Of a DNA stretch of 64,000 bases, positions 47,765-57,766 are shown in pieces. The translations under genes and the position numbers were made by a program. Each line of letters starts with the position of its first letter. The stretch's first letter is position 1. The notes beneath the pieces are model-generated. The model did no database searches and was not told the DNA's origin. It saw nothing but the letters and a program-made list of their open reading frames with translations. This DNA is from Dehalococcoidales bacterium (GTDB lineage Bacteria > Chloroflexota > Dehalococcoidia > Dehalococcoidales > UBA5627): contig DAOUFJ010000016.1 in NCBI GenBank assembly GCA_034429935.1, positions 428 to 64,427 on the forward strand, written 5' to 3'.

Positions 47765-47803
47765 AAAAACAAAACCGGCAGAATGATTTCTCGCTCTGCC
47801 GGT
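47765..47803 (-). terminator. Rho-independent terminator after the EF-G paralog
   Basis: ACCGGCAGA/TCTGCCGGT stem; the minus strand is followed by TTTTGTTTTT. Confidence 0.7.
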
Positions 47804-47829
47804 CATTATCCGAATTCAAAATTGTTTTC

Positions 47830-49908
47830 CTAAGCTTTTCCCTCTGCCAGTTTTTGCTTTTCCGCCTCGTGATCGGCGACAATCTTCTGCGTAATATGGG
47901 AGGGAACCTCTTCATAATGGTCGAATTCGATACTGAATGTCCCCCTGCCCTGCGTCATCGATTTCAAATCGATAGCATAACGCAGAACCTCCGCCAGAGG
48001 CACCTGAGCATCGACCACGTTATAGTTGCCTTCTGGATTCATACCCTGTACGCGTGCACGCTTGGTATTCAAATCACCGATAATTTCACCGGTATAATCA
48101 CCGGGAATCCTTATCTTGATATTGACGATCGGCTCCAGTAAAATCGGATGCCCGTCCGCCAAGGCTTTCTTGAAAGCGCCCGCTCCGGCAATCTTGAAAC
48201 ATATTTCAGAGGAATCCACAGGGTGGAAGCTTCCATCGAGTACATTGGTTTTTATATTCACAATCGGAAATCCGGCTAAAACACCCTCTTTTATAGCTTC
48301 GCTTACGCCCTTTTCCACAGCCGGTATATAGTTTCTGGGGATGGTACCGCCGACCACTTTATTTTCAAATGTATTCTCACCGCCACCGGGTATCGGCTCT
48401 ACTTCAAGTATAACATGCCCGTATTGACCATGCCCGCCGGTCTGCTTCTTGTGTTTGTATTCGCCTTTAGCAGATGAAGTTATCGTCTCTTTGTAAGGAA
48501 CTCTGGGGGCTTTAAGTTCCACTCCGACGCCGAACTTCCTCATCATCTTTTCTGCGGCTACTTCTACCTGTGTTTCGCCGAGACCGGAAAGAATGGTTTC
48601 TCCCGTATCCGGGTCGCGATGCACGTTAAGCGTCGGGTCTTCTTCCGCCAGCCTTGCCAGTGAAGAACCCAGTTTATCCACATCGGCCTTGGTCTTAGGC
48701 AATACGGCCACGCTGAAAAGCGTTTTAGGGTATGTCGCCTGAGCGATTTTAACCTGTTTATCCTGCATTCCCAGCGTATCCCCTGTAACGGTAATGCTTA
48801 ATTTCGCTACAGCCCCCATATCGCCGGCGCTGATTTTAGGAATAGGCTCCTGGTTCTTACCCCTTGCAACAAAAAGCTGCCCGAGTCTTTCGGCATTGTT
48901 CTGATTAACATTCCAGACCTGCGAGTTACTTTCCAGTTCCCCCGAAAACACTTTAAAATAGGTTAGTTTTCCGACATACGGGTCGGCGCTCGTTTTGAAT
49001 ACCAGTGCAGCCAAAGGCCCTGCGGTACCTATTTTTATATCTTTAACAGTGGACTCTTCGGAAGTTTCCACCTTCTTATCATTAGGTGACGGCAGATATT
49101 CATTGATAACCCCCATCAGTCGCTTTATGCCTATATTCTGCAGAGCCGAACCTGAAAGTATAGGGAATATCTTGACATCCGATATCGCTTTCTTTAAAGT
49201 CGATAGTAATTCATCCTGAGCCAGTTCCTCACCATTAAGGTATTTTTCCATCAGATTATCGTCTGTTTCGGCAATCGCTTCTACCATTTTCTCTCGCAAC
49301 GAAGTAACCTGATCTTTTATTTCTGCGGGCATATCGGATTCCTCGCCTTTTTCTCCCGCATAATATTTCATGGTAAGAAGGCTAACGACACCTTTAAAAT
49401 CAGTATGTGCACCGACAGGCATCTGAACAGGTATACATTTAGTGCCGAATTTCGCCTGTATTTCACCCGTTATCTTACCGAAGTTGGCATTTTCCCTGTC
49501 CATTTTATTAATAAAAAACAGACGGGCAAGTTTGGCATTTTCACAATAAGCCCATGCCTGCTCGGTTCCTACCTCCAACCCTGAGGAAGCCGCAGCGACA
49601 ATTACTGCCCCTTCACAAACCCTGACAGCCGCGTCCACTTCTCCGGCAAAATCCGAGTAACCCGGGGTATCAAGAAGGTTGACTTTTATATCATGCCACT
49701 CGTAGGGAAGCACCGACATATTTATACTGATTTTTCGTTTTACCTCATCCTGGTCATAATCGGACACGGTAGTACCGGCATCGACTTTCCCCAGGCGGTT
49801 TATTACCCCGGCATCAAATAATATTGCCTCCGACAGCGACGTCTTGCCGGCGCCGCTATGCGATAGCAAAACTACATTACGAATATTTTCCGGCTGATAC
49901 TGTTTCAT
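47830..49908 (-). CDS. Elongation factor G paralog (EF-G2-like)
   Basis: 692 aa; five-domain EF-G layout, DTPG and NKMD motifs, divergent P-loop SHSGAGKTS; not in a str operon context. Confidence 0.85.
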   Translation of the reverse strand: MKQYQPENIRNVVLLSHSGAGKTSLSEAILFDAGVINRLGKVDAGTTVSDYDQDEVKRKISINMSVLPYEWHDIKVNLLDTPGYSDFAGEVDAAVRVCEGAVIVAAASSGLEVGTEQAWAYCENAKLARLFFINKMDRENANFGKITGEIQAKFGTKCIPVQMPVGAHTDFKGVVSLLTMKYYAGEKGEESDMPAEIKDQVTSLREKMVEAIAETDDNLMEKYLNGEELAQDELLSTLKKAISDVKIFPILSGSALQNIGIKRLMGVINEYLPSPNDKKVETSEESTVKDIKIGTAGPLAALVFKTSADPYVGKLTYFKVFSGELESNSQVWNVNQNNAERLGQLFVARGKNQEPIPKISAGDMGAVAKLSITVTGDTLGMQDKQVKIAQATYPKTLFSVAVLPKTKADVDKLGSSLARLAEEDPTLNVHRDPDTGETILSGLGETQVEVAAEKMMRKFGVGVELKAPRVPYKETITSSAKGEYKHKKQTGGHGQYGHVILEVEPIPGGGENTFENKVVGGTIPRNYIPAVEKGVSEAIKEGVLAGFPIVNIKTNVLDGSFHPVDSSEICFKIAGAGAFKKALADGHPILLEPIVNIKIRIPGDYTGEIIGDLNTKRARVQGMNPEGNYNVVDAQVPLAEVLRYAIDLKSMTQGRGTFSIEFDHYEEVPSHITQKIVADHEAEKQKLAEGKA

Positions 49909-49982
49909 CTGTCCACCTGCTCTCTTTATTTTATTTTCAAGAATATTATAATGCCATTAACATAGCACTTCTTGCATAATAA

Positions 49983-50603
49983 TTAGTCAAAAAGCCCCAG
50001 GGCCAGCGGAGTAATAAATGCTTCGATTATTGCTGCAACTACCAGTAATAATATAACTATTCCAAGGTATTTTAAATTTCCTCTCAGGTTGGCGAACAAC
50101 GCCTCCCTCTTTTCTTTGCTAAATATTGCTGCTATTGTCATGGTTCCCAGGCTCAGGGCAGCCGCCTGACCGATTATCAAGGCAGGAATTTCAACAATTC
50201 CATGAGGCAATATCCCCACCAGATAATATGCCAGAGATTCTTCCTGTGAAATAATATTCCCGACAAAAGATATTAACCAGCCGTTTATAAAAAGAGAAAA
50301 CACAGGGAGAATACATAAGAACGGACTGAATATGAAGCAAAGGAGCAAAGCAAAGATATTCTTAATAAGAATTACAATGAATAAACCAAAAGATGAGAGC
50401 GGCCCCAGAGTTTCAGAGAGGTCTTCCAGATAATCAGTGCTCGCAAATAATTCATAGCCTGGAGTAAATATACCAACCAGCAAACCGATTACGAATATAA
50501 TAGCGGCAATTATAATCCACTTTTTAATTCCGATTTCAGGGAAATTATGCCAGAAGGATACGTGGGGATTGTATGTTCCTGTGATTTCCTGATTACTCTT
50601 CAT
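49983..50603 (-). CDS. SpoIIM/DUF95-like integral membrane protein
   Basis: Multi-TM; ..FINGWLISF.. and LPHGIVEIPALIIGQAA blocks; the start is probably ATG 50603 or 50612 rather than 50705. Confidence 0.55.
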   Translation of the reverse strand: MKSNQEITGTYNPHVSFWHNFPEIGIKKWIIIAAIIFVIGLLVGIFTPGYELFASTDYLEDLSETLGPLSSFGLFIVILIKNIFALLLCFIFSPFLCILPVFSLFINGWLISFVGNIISQEESLAYYLVGILPHGIVEIPALIIGQAAALSLGTMTIAAIFSKEKREALFANLRGNLKYLGIVILLLVVAAIIEAFITPLALGLFD

Positions 50604-51240
50604 CCCAGGCATCTTCCCCGATAAGAGACACAAAACGGCATCCGCCCAGATTACGGATTTCGTTTTTATCTGCATGTTTGATGACTTTATATAAGTCCTG
50701 TTCATAACGAGAACCCACCGGTATTACCATCCTTCCTCCAACCGCCAGTTGAGACAGAAGTTTCTCTGGAATAAACGGGGCGGCAGCCGTAACTATTATC
50801 GCATCATATGGCGCATCAGCCTGCCAGCCTATGTCCGGTTCAGCTATCTGAACAATAATATTCTTATATCCAAGTGCATCCAGCCTTTCTTTTGCGGCTG
50901 CAGCCAGCTCCGGTATACGTTCGACAGTTATCACCAAACTGGATAACTCAGCCAGTATGGCCGTTTGATAACCGCTTCCCGTACCGATTTCAAGAACCTT
51001 CTCTATGCCTGTAAGCTCCAGTGCTTCAGTCATAAGAGCCACTATATAAGGCTGCGAGATCGTTTGCCCCATACCGATAGACAACGGTCTGTCTTCATAA
51101 GCCAGGTGCTTCATTTCCGGGGGAACAAATAACTCCCGAGGTATGCGCAATATGGCTTTAAGAACTTGCTCATCTTCGATATGCGCTTTAAGACCTCTAA
51201 AAAGTGCGGCTCTCGCTGCCTCATAATTCATGATGAGCAA
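50593..51240 (-). CDS. pcm: Protein-L-isoaspartate O-methyltransferase
   Basis: 215 aa; TISQPYIVALM, EIGTGSGYQTAILA motifs. Confidence 0.92.
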   Translation of the reverse strand: MLIMNYEAARAALFRGLKAHIEDEQVLKAILRIPRELFVPPEMKHLAYEDRPLSIGMGQTISQPYIVALMTEALELTGIEKVLEIGTGSGYQTAILAELSSLVITVERIPELAAAAKERLDALGYKNIIVQIAEPDIGWQADAPYDAIIVTAAAPFIPEKLLSQLAVGGRMVIPVGSRYEQDLYKVIKHADKNEIRNLGGCRFVSLIGEDAWDEE

Positions 51241-51255
51241 CCTTCAATTATCGAC

Positions 51256-51543
51256 TTATTTTAGCATAATAGACAATATAACCAGTAATACCAGCATGCA
51301 GGCAGACAGAATGCCAATGTGTTTCATTTCGTACATCAGATCAATCTTACCAATATTGGCAGGCATAACCGCAGTTGCACTCTTTGTCCGTACGACATCG
51401 ATACCGGTTTTAACGGCTTCTGTTTTTACCGCATCATCCGGTACGGCATTCAAATTAACAGCATGTTGCTGCTCACCGTTTTTCCCGGATTTTTTTGCCT
51501 GATAGGCATATTTCCCTTTGCCATGCTTTTGTTTCACCGACAT
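51256..51543 (-). CDS. Small basic protein with C-terminal TM anchor
   Basis: 95 aa; Lys-rich N-terminus, GILSACMLVLLVILSIML tail. Confidence 0.45.
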   Translation of the reverse strand: MSVKQKHGKGKYAYQAKKSGKNGEQQHAVNLNAVPDDAVKTEAVKTGIDVVRTKSATAVMPANIGKIDLMYEMKHIGILSACMLVLLVILSIMLK

Positions 51544-51569
51544 CTCAGACCTCCCTGAACTATATTAAG

Positions 51570-52484
51570 TTAAGATTGCTTAGCCCTGGGATGGGCCTTT
51601 TCATATGTTTTACGGACATGCTCCGATGTAAGGTGCGTATATATCTGTGTGGTGGAAATATTGGCATGCCCCAATAACTCCTGTACCGACCTGAGATCCG
51701 CTCCACCACTCAACATGTGAGTTGCAAAGCTATGTCTCAGCGTATGCGGAGTAACCTGTTTATCGAGTCCTGCTTCCCTGGCATAATTCTTCAGTATCTG
51801 CCACAATCCCTGCCTGGTCAGCCGTTCACCGCGCTGATTCAGGAACAGGGCTTTCTCGCTATCCCTGTGCACCCATAGCGGCCGCACTTCCTTTACATAT
51901 TCGTCCACGACTTTCGCCGCCTGAGGATATATGGGCACCATTCTTTCCTTACTCCCCTTCCCAAAGCAACGCACAAAACAATTATTTATATCCACATCCC
52001 CCAAATTCAGGGAAACCAGCTCGCTAACTCTCATACCGCTGGCATAGAGAAGTTCGAGCATCGCTCTATCCCGTTTGGCTTCAGGTGTTTTAATTTTGGC
52101 AGGCTGTTCGATTAATTGTCTTACCTGGCTGACGGAAAGAGCATCCGGCAACGGTTTCCCGACTTTCGGAGAGCTTATATTATTCGTCGGGTCTTCTTTT
52201 AATTTTCCTTCAGCCACCATAAAGTTGAAAAACGACTTGGCTGCTGCAATTTTACGGGCAACAGTCGTAACCGCATAGTTTCTTTCCTTCAGGTTCAACA
52301 TGTAGCTCAACATGCTCTGCCTGCTGAAATCATCCCAGGACGGCATTATGTTTTTCTTCGCTGTTTCCTCTTCCGCAAAATTCAATAACTGTGTCAGATC
52401 GTTACGGTAGGCCTCGATGGTGTTCCCCGAAAAGCCTTTTTCTACAGTAAGGTAATTTAAAAAGCTTTCTATGTCTTCTTTCAC
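51570..52484 (-). CDS. Tyrosine recombinase XerC/XerD
   Basis: 304 aa; SAM-like N-terminal domain, ..ASGMRVSE.., LRHSFATHML, GHANISTTQIYTH catalytic blocks. Confidence 0.9.
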   Translation of the reverse strand: MKEDIESFLNYLTVEKGFSGNTIEAYRNDLTQLLNFAEEETAKKNIMPSWDDFSRQSMLSYMLNLKERNYAVTTVARKIAAAKSFFNFMVAEGKLKEDPTNNISSPKVGKPLPDALSVSQVRQLIEQPAKIKTPEAKRDRAMLELLYASGMRVSELVSLNLGDVDINNCFVRCFGKGSKERMVPIYPQAAKVVDEYVKEVRPLWVHRDSEKALFLNQRGERLTRQGLWQILKNYAREAGLDKQVTPHTLRHSFATHMLSGGADLRSVQELLGHANISTTQIYTHLTSEHVRKTYEKAHPRAKQS

Positions 52485-52641
52485 TTTGCCTCCTCACTGC
52501 TCTTGATTTTCTCTTATTTTAACATAACTCTATAAATAAATTAAGTATCTGTCAAGTTATATTGACAAGTAAAATAATTTAAATAATACTATTTATAGTG
52601 CCATAGAAATACTGTCAGAAGATAGTTTACATTACTTTGGC

Positions 52642-53502
52642 ATGGAGGAAAAAATGTCCGGAAAGAACGACAAGAATAAAAATGAAAAAGTAGAAGATTC
52701 CACTCCCGAAGAAGAGGCTCAGTATAAGCGGGCAAAGATACTTACCAAACCTTTACCGCAGATACTCGACGAAATGGACGCCAATATAGAAGCCGCAGCC
52801 GAAGCAGCCAGAAGGGCTGAAGCAGCTGCCAGAGCATCCAACGACGCCGCCATTTCGGCAACCAATGCATCCAACGAAGCCAGCAAAAGAGCTGAAGAAG
52901 CCAAGCAGGCAGGGCAACAGGCGGCGGCACAGGCAACCAAAGCGGCCACCGATGCCGCCAATAAAGCTGCAACTATAGCCAACGGGGCCATCGCTGCATC
53001 GGAAAAAGCTTCCCAGAAAGCTGACGAAGCCGATAAGGCCGCCAAGAACGCTATCGATATATTCAAGCAACTGTCCGACGATGCGGTACGCAAGGCCGAA
53101 GAAATGCGCAAAGCCAGTGAACTGGCGGCAGACAGGGCAACAAAGGCCGCCGCCGATGCTGTAAGCAAAGCCGAAATGGTAGCCAACAATGCTATCGCCG
53201 CCTCCGAAAAAGCCTCTGCCAAGGCAGACGAGGCCGATAAAGCCGCCAAGAACGCCATACAGGTATTCAAACAGTTATCGGATGATGCCACCAGAAAAGC
53301 GGATGAATTACGCAAAGCCGGAGAACTGGCGGCGGATAAGGCTGCAAAAGCAGCTGCCGAAATTGCAGCACTGGCGACTTTTTCAGTGAAATCAACAATA
53401 GATGCGGCAGGGACACTGACCAGGCTTTCGGAACAACTTTTAAGTAAAGCGGAAGAAACGACAAAGCATATAGACGCTTTGAATAAAGTCTCCAAGTCCT
53501 GA
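52642..53502 (+). CDS. Ala/Lys/Glu-rich helical repeat protein (68-aa tandem units)
   Basis: 286 aa; 204-nt period (GCCGATAA(G/A)GCCGCCAAGAACGC at 53029 and 53233); apolipoprotein/LEA-like amphipathic composition. Confidence 0.65.
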   Translation: MEEKMSGKNDKNKNEKVEDSTPEEEAQYKRAKILTKPLPQILDEMDANIEAAAEAARRAEAAARASNDAAISATNASNEASKRAEEAKQAGQQAAAQATKAATDAANKAATIANGAIAASEKASQKADEADKAAKNAIDIFKQLSDDAVRKAEEMRKASELAADRATKAAADAVSKAEMVANNAIAASEKASAKADEADKAAKNAIQVFKQLSDDATRKADELRKAGELAADKAAKAAAEIAALATFSVKSTIDAAGTLTRLSEQLLSKAEETTKHIDALNKVSKS

Positions 53503-53534
53503 CAGCTGATCAGGGTACTCTTTACAGAATCCAG

Positions 53535-53590
53535 CGGTTCCTCCGGTTATTTAATGAATTGCCGGAGGAACCGGGTCTTATTTTATCTTT
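53535..53590 (+). terminator. Rho-independent terminator
   Basis: 12-bp perfect stem CGGTTCCTCCGG/CCGGAGGAACCG followed by a T-rich tract. Confidence 0.7.
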
Positions 53591-53700
53591 CCGGCAATCA
53601 CTAATACCGGACGCTTTGTTGTTGTTTTTTACATGACTACCGCCTGATTGCTCCCTTCATATACTGTGATACAATAAAACTGCAACCGTAGAGGAATTAA

Positions 53701-55539
53701 GTGAACGACAAAACCGATAATCCAATACTGGAAAAGGTCAGGAGATTGCCATCCGCCCCCGGAGTTTATTTGATGCGCGATTCCGGCGGGACGATTATCT
53801 ACGTCGGCAAAGCCGTCAATCTTAAAAACCGCGTCAGGTCGTACTTTAATACGAGGCAGGAACAGACTTTCAAAATTAAACACATGATACCGCGCATCAA
53901 CGACATCGATTACTTTATAACGGCTTCGGAGGAAGAAGCGCTGATACTGGAACTGAACCTTATCAAAAGACATAAGCCTTATTACAATGTCAGGCTTAAA
54001 GACGACAAGACCTTCCCCTATCTCAAGATATCTCTCGATGAAGATTATCCGCGCGTACAAATTACCCGCAGGCTCGAGGAGGATAAAGCACGTTACTTCG
54101 GACCATTTTCCAGCGCCTATTCCATCCGGCAGACCTTAAAAGTGATAAAAGAAATCTTCCCCTTCCGTTCTTGTCCCAAAGACCTCAGCAAAAAGCTCCC
54201 GCGTCCCTGCCTCGAATACGATATCCACAAATGCTCAGGCCCCTGCATCAATGCCATCTCCAAAGAGGAATATGCCGAGGTAATCAATCAACTCATCCTG
54301 TTTCTCGAAGGCAAACAGGAAAAAGTTGTCGTACAGCTTGAAAATAACATGAAACAGGCTGTTTCGAAACTGGAATACGAAAAAGCAGCCTTACTGAGAG
54401 ACCAGATACGAGCCATAAAAGAGATTATCAACTGGCAAAAGCTGGCGACTGCCGTCAAGGGAGAACAGGACGTTATCGCCTTTGCCGAAGACAGGGATAC
54501 GGCTTATGCCCAGGTATTTTTTATCCGCGGCGGCAGGATAATCGGGAGAGAGGGATTTACACTGCAGGGGACTCAATCGGAAAATCCCCAACAGGTAATG
54601 ACCGATTTCGTCAAGCAGTTTTACTCCTCGTCGGCTTATGTTCCATCCCTGATACTGCTGCAACACCCGATAACGGATAAAGCCGTCATCGAAAGCTGGC
54701 TCGGCAGGAAAAAGGGCAGCGCCGTACGTATTCAGACTCCGCTTAAAGGAGATAAAAAACAACTGGTAGACACGGTAGCCGTCAATGCCAGGCGCGGTCT
54801 GGAGGAACTTAAAATAAAACAGATATCGGCGCCGTCCACGCTCAATACGGCCATGGAAGAATTGCAGAAAGTTCTCGAACTGCCTCATCCGCCTTTGCGT
54901 ATAGAAGGCTACGATATATCCAACATACAGGGGAAGGACGCCGTCGGCAGCATGGTGGTCTTTGAGAAAGGACGCCCTAAAACAGCCCATTACCGCCGTT
55001 TCAAAATCAAGACACTGCAACAGCCGAACGACTTCGCCATGATGCAGGAGGTTATCAAGCGGCGCTTCGGCAGGTACAAAAACAGCAGCCAGGAGGCTGC
55101 GGACACGTGGAAAATAATGCCCGACCTGATGCTCATCGACGGTGGAAAGGGACAACTAAGTTCCGTGATGGAAATCCTGCGGCAGACCGGCATCGATTCA
55201 TTACATGTTATCGGGCTGGCGAAAGAAAACGAGGAGATATTCACTCCCGGCAGTTCCAAACCTGTAATCCTCCCCCAAAGCTCCCCGGCATTGCAACTGC
55301 TCCAGCGCGTAAGGGACGAGGCACACCGCTTCGCAGTCAGCTACCATCATAACCTTCATAAAAAGAAGACGTTTGTCTCTGCCCTGGATGCAGTTCCCGG
55401 AATCGGCCCCGGCCGCAAGAAAGCGCTCTTGAAAGCATTCGGCTCTGTCGCTGCCATAAAAGAGGCTTCCATCGAAGAACTTTCGGTTGTTAAAGGTATG
55501 AATTCATCACTGTCACAAAAGATAAAAGACTATTTATAA
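53701..55539 (+). CDS. uvrC: Excinuclease ABC subunit C
   Basis: 612 aa; GIY-YIG N-terminus (GVYLMRD..IIYVGKA), UVR motif, RNase H-like endonuclease and (HhH)2 C-terminus. Confidence 0.96.
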   Translation: MNDKTDNPILEKVRRLPSAPGVYLMRDSGGTIIYVGKAVNLKNRVRSYFNTRQEQTFKIKHMIPRINDIDYFITASEEEALILELNLIKRHKPYYNVRLKDDKTFPYLKISLDEDYPRVQITRRLEEDKARYFGPFSSAYSIRQTLKVIKEIFPFRSCPKDLSKKLPRPCLEYDIHKCSGPCINAISKEEYAEVINQLILFLEGKQEKVVVQLENNMKQAVSKLEYEKAALLRDQIRAIKEIINWQKLATAVKGEQDVIAFAEDRDTAYAQVFFIRGGRIIGREGFTLQGTQSENPQQVMTDFVKQFYSSSAYVPSLILLQHPITDKAVIESWLGRKKGSAVRIQTPLKGDKKQLVDTVAVNARRGLEELKIKQISAPSTLNTAMEELQKVLELPHPPLRIEGYDISNIQGKDAVGSMVVFEKGRPKTAHYRRFKIKTLQQPNDFAMMQEVIKRRFGRYKNSSQEAADTWKIMPDLMLIDGGKGQLSSVMEILRQTGIDSLHVIGLAKENEEIFTPGSSKPVILPQSSPALQLLQRVRDEAHRFAVSYHHNLHKKKTFVSALDAVPGIGPGRKKALLKAFGSVAAIKEASIEELSVVKGMNSSLSQKIKDYL

Positions 55540-55716
55540 AACAGGATAAATTATTCCCCGGGCTGCTCCGGTGATAATTCGTCTAAAATAATTGTCCGGA
55601 AACCCCTTGACAACATCGGGGAGGTAATACTAAATTAAATATAATAAACGTCGAATTTCCCGATAATATCAGTAATATTCGCTCTGCCAGTCAATGGGAG
55701 AGTTATTTTTATTGTA

Positions 55717-56436
55717 ATGAACACCAGAACCAGTATTAACCTTCTCCGGCAAACCGGCATCGTTTTAATCGCCCTGCCCGAACCGGTTACAACCGGGCTA
55801 GGAATTGCCTGCGTAGCCGCAGCGCAATATCTTTCCAGTGTTCAAAGAAAAGCTCAACGTGCATTGGTTTACAGGAAAAAACATAACCGCTTCCCTGAAG
55901 ATTTCATCTATCCCAACGAAGTCGATAACAACAGCTATACCACTAAAAAGGTAAATTTCTATTCGTATGACAGGAGTAGAAGGCACCGGATACCGGCGAG
56001 ATATCAGTATAGTTACAAAGCGATAGAGGAGCAGGCAGCCACATATATAAAACCGGAAACAAGCCGCCCTGAGCAGAATCATATTACACCCGATATGGAA
56101 CAACTTGCCCGCGCCAAAGCGGAGGAGGTATTAAGAACCAGAGAGAGTTCCAGTCAGCGCACCGGGCAAAAAATGATTCCCCGCAAGGTAAACCTCGAAG
56201 CGCTCTCAAAACAATATCAGGATTTAAACAAAGGCAATAATAAAACAGATACGGACATCGTACCATGCAAAGTAAACATGAGATTGCTTCAGCAGCACAG
56301 GGATTCCGAAAAAAGACAAAACGAAAACGCCAAAATAAAAGCGCCTAAATTAGAGATAAGGTCACGCGATATAGATGCTGAAACCCTCATCACCCGCTAC
56401 CGGAAATTGCCCTTTTCCGGCGCATTGCCCGCATAA
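55717..56436 (+). CDS. Hypothetical protein with N-terminal TM segment, basic/low complexity
   Basis: 239-aa ORF; no motif. Confidence 0.4.
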   Translation: MNTRTSINLLRQTGIVLIALPEPVTTGLGIACVAAAQYLSSVQRKAQRALVYRKKHNRFPEDFIYPNEVDNNSYTTKKVNFYSYDRSRRHRIPARYQYSYKAIEEQAATYIKPETSRPEQNHITPDMEQLARAKAEEVLRTRESSSQRTGQKMIPRKVNLEALSKQYQDLNKGNNKTDTDIVPCKVNMRLLQQHRDSEKRQNENAKIKAPKLEIRSRDIDAETLITRYRKLPFSGALPA

Positions 56437-56450
56437 TCGACAGCTTTCAA

Positions 56451-57269
56451 TCATAATACGAATTTTTCGACAGCCTGCGCCACCCCGCCGCTCTCCACAT
56501 CCAGTGTTATGTAATCTGCAATTTTTTTTAACTCATCGAAAGCGTTCCCCATGGCAACAGTGGTTCCGGCTGCCTCGAATAACGGGATATCGTTCAATCC
56601 ATCCCCGATGGCGATAACCTCTTCCCTGCCTATACCATAATGCGAAGCCAGAAACTTCAGGGCTTCGCCCTTGGAAACACCCGGGTCTATTATATTGATG
56701 AATTCGATATCCGGATGCGCCGGCGAATGAGCAATCGAAAAACGCAGTATTCCGTCGAACTCTTTCCTGAACATGGATACCTGTCTATCCTCCGCGGCAC
56801 TATGAGAGATGAGCTCCGCTTTGACGACAGGTTCGCACATACAGAGTTTATGCAAATCGGTAATAACCGGTTCGACCCCGAAGTAATTGCGGTGAACATC
56901 GTCCGACCAGTTCGTTTTCCCGGCATAGAACTTATCGGTCGTATAAAGCTCGAGATAGATACCGTTTGTTTCGGCAAACCCGATAGCTCGCTGCAGCACT
57001 CCTCGCTTTATCGGTTTGCTGTATATGATGTCTTGCTTTTGCGGATGGCTTATCACCGCTCCATCGAAAAATATATGATAACCGCCGAGCGAAAGCTCAT
57101 CTATTATGTGAAGGCATGCCTTTATCACCCTGCCCGTCGAAAGCGCCACCAAAATCCCTGCGGCTCCCGCCTTTTTAATGGCTTCGATATCTACATGAGA
57201 CATGCTGCCGTCTTTCCCCACCAGTGTCCCGTCTACATCCACCACCAGTAACTTGTATTTCATTTCCAT
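56451..57269 (-). CDS. Cof-type HAD-IIB phosphatase
   Basis: 272 aa; LLVVDVDGTL motif I, ..STGR.., GDGLNDIPL motif IV. Confidence 0.85.
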   Translation of the reverse strand: MEMKYKLLVVDVDGTLVGKDGSMSHVDIEAIKKAGAAGILVALSTGRVIKACLHIIDELSLGGYHIFFDGAVISHPQKQDIIYSKPIKRGVLQRAIGFAETNGIYLELYTTDKFYAGKTNWSDDVHRNYFGVEPVITDLHKLCMCEPVVKAELISHSAAEDRQVSMFRKEFDGILRFSIAHSPAHPDIEFINIIDPGVSKGEALKFLASHYGIGREEVIAIGDGLNDIPLFEAAGTTVAMGNAFDELKKIADYITLDVESGGVAQAVEKFVL

Positions 57270-57329
57270 TCCTCAAATAAAAACCTGTGTCTAATTCTAG
57301 CATAAAAGGCTGATTTTATTCCTGTATAT

Positions 57330-57670
57330 GCGGACGACCAATGGTTGCCCTCCTGTATAACAAATAACAATCAGGCTATTCGAGAAAGATTGCCGCGCCC
57401 CGATTATATCGGGCCTCGCAATGGCAATTTAATAATTTGTTATTCTGAAAGTCACAGGGCGTGACTGAAGAATCCGGGGGGGGTGGGGAGAGACAGGTAT
57501 AAGGCGCATCAGGCGAGAACACTTTATTAACCACCCCACCCAAGATGCTTCATACCGATAAATCGGGATTCCAGCATGACAATGCCTTTTCTGTCATTCC
57601 CGGAGGAAAGGGATAAATAACTGCCATTGCGAGTGCATTCCCGAAAGAAAGGTGAAGCATCTATCTCTTT
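57330..57670. repeat. Mosaic intergenic repeat cluster 8
   Basis: GCGGACGACCAATGGTTGCCCTCCTG (compare 13739), AGATTGCCGCGCC-hairpin-CCTCGCAATGGCA, TTATTCTGAAAGTCAC..GTGACTGAAGAATCCGGGG, CCCAAGATGCTTCAT..ATCGGGATTCCAGCATGACAA, CTGCCATTGCGAGTGC..GTGAAGCATC. Confidence 0.8.
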
Positions 57671-57766
57671 AATTGTATTTAATAAATACGGACGGGAGAT
57701 AGCCTGTCCTGCATAGCCTGTATTTCATTCACAAAACTTTAATTTATCCGCCGATTAAAGTAGAAT

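Noticed and set aside
52719-53495. 258-aa minus-strand ORF antisense to the Ala-rich repeat protein
   Set aside because: GCN-rich coding keeps all frames open. The plus-strand frame has an RBS-compatible start, a terminator and a coherent amphipathic repeat; the antisense frame is Ala/Ser low complexity.
1441-57670. Could the repeat clusters be CRISPR arrays?
   Set aside because: There is no constant repeat length and no regular repeat-spacer periodicity. Modules occur in both orientations and in mixed order, and no cas genes are present.
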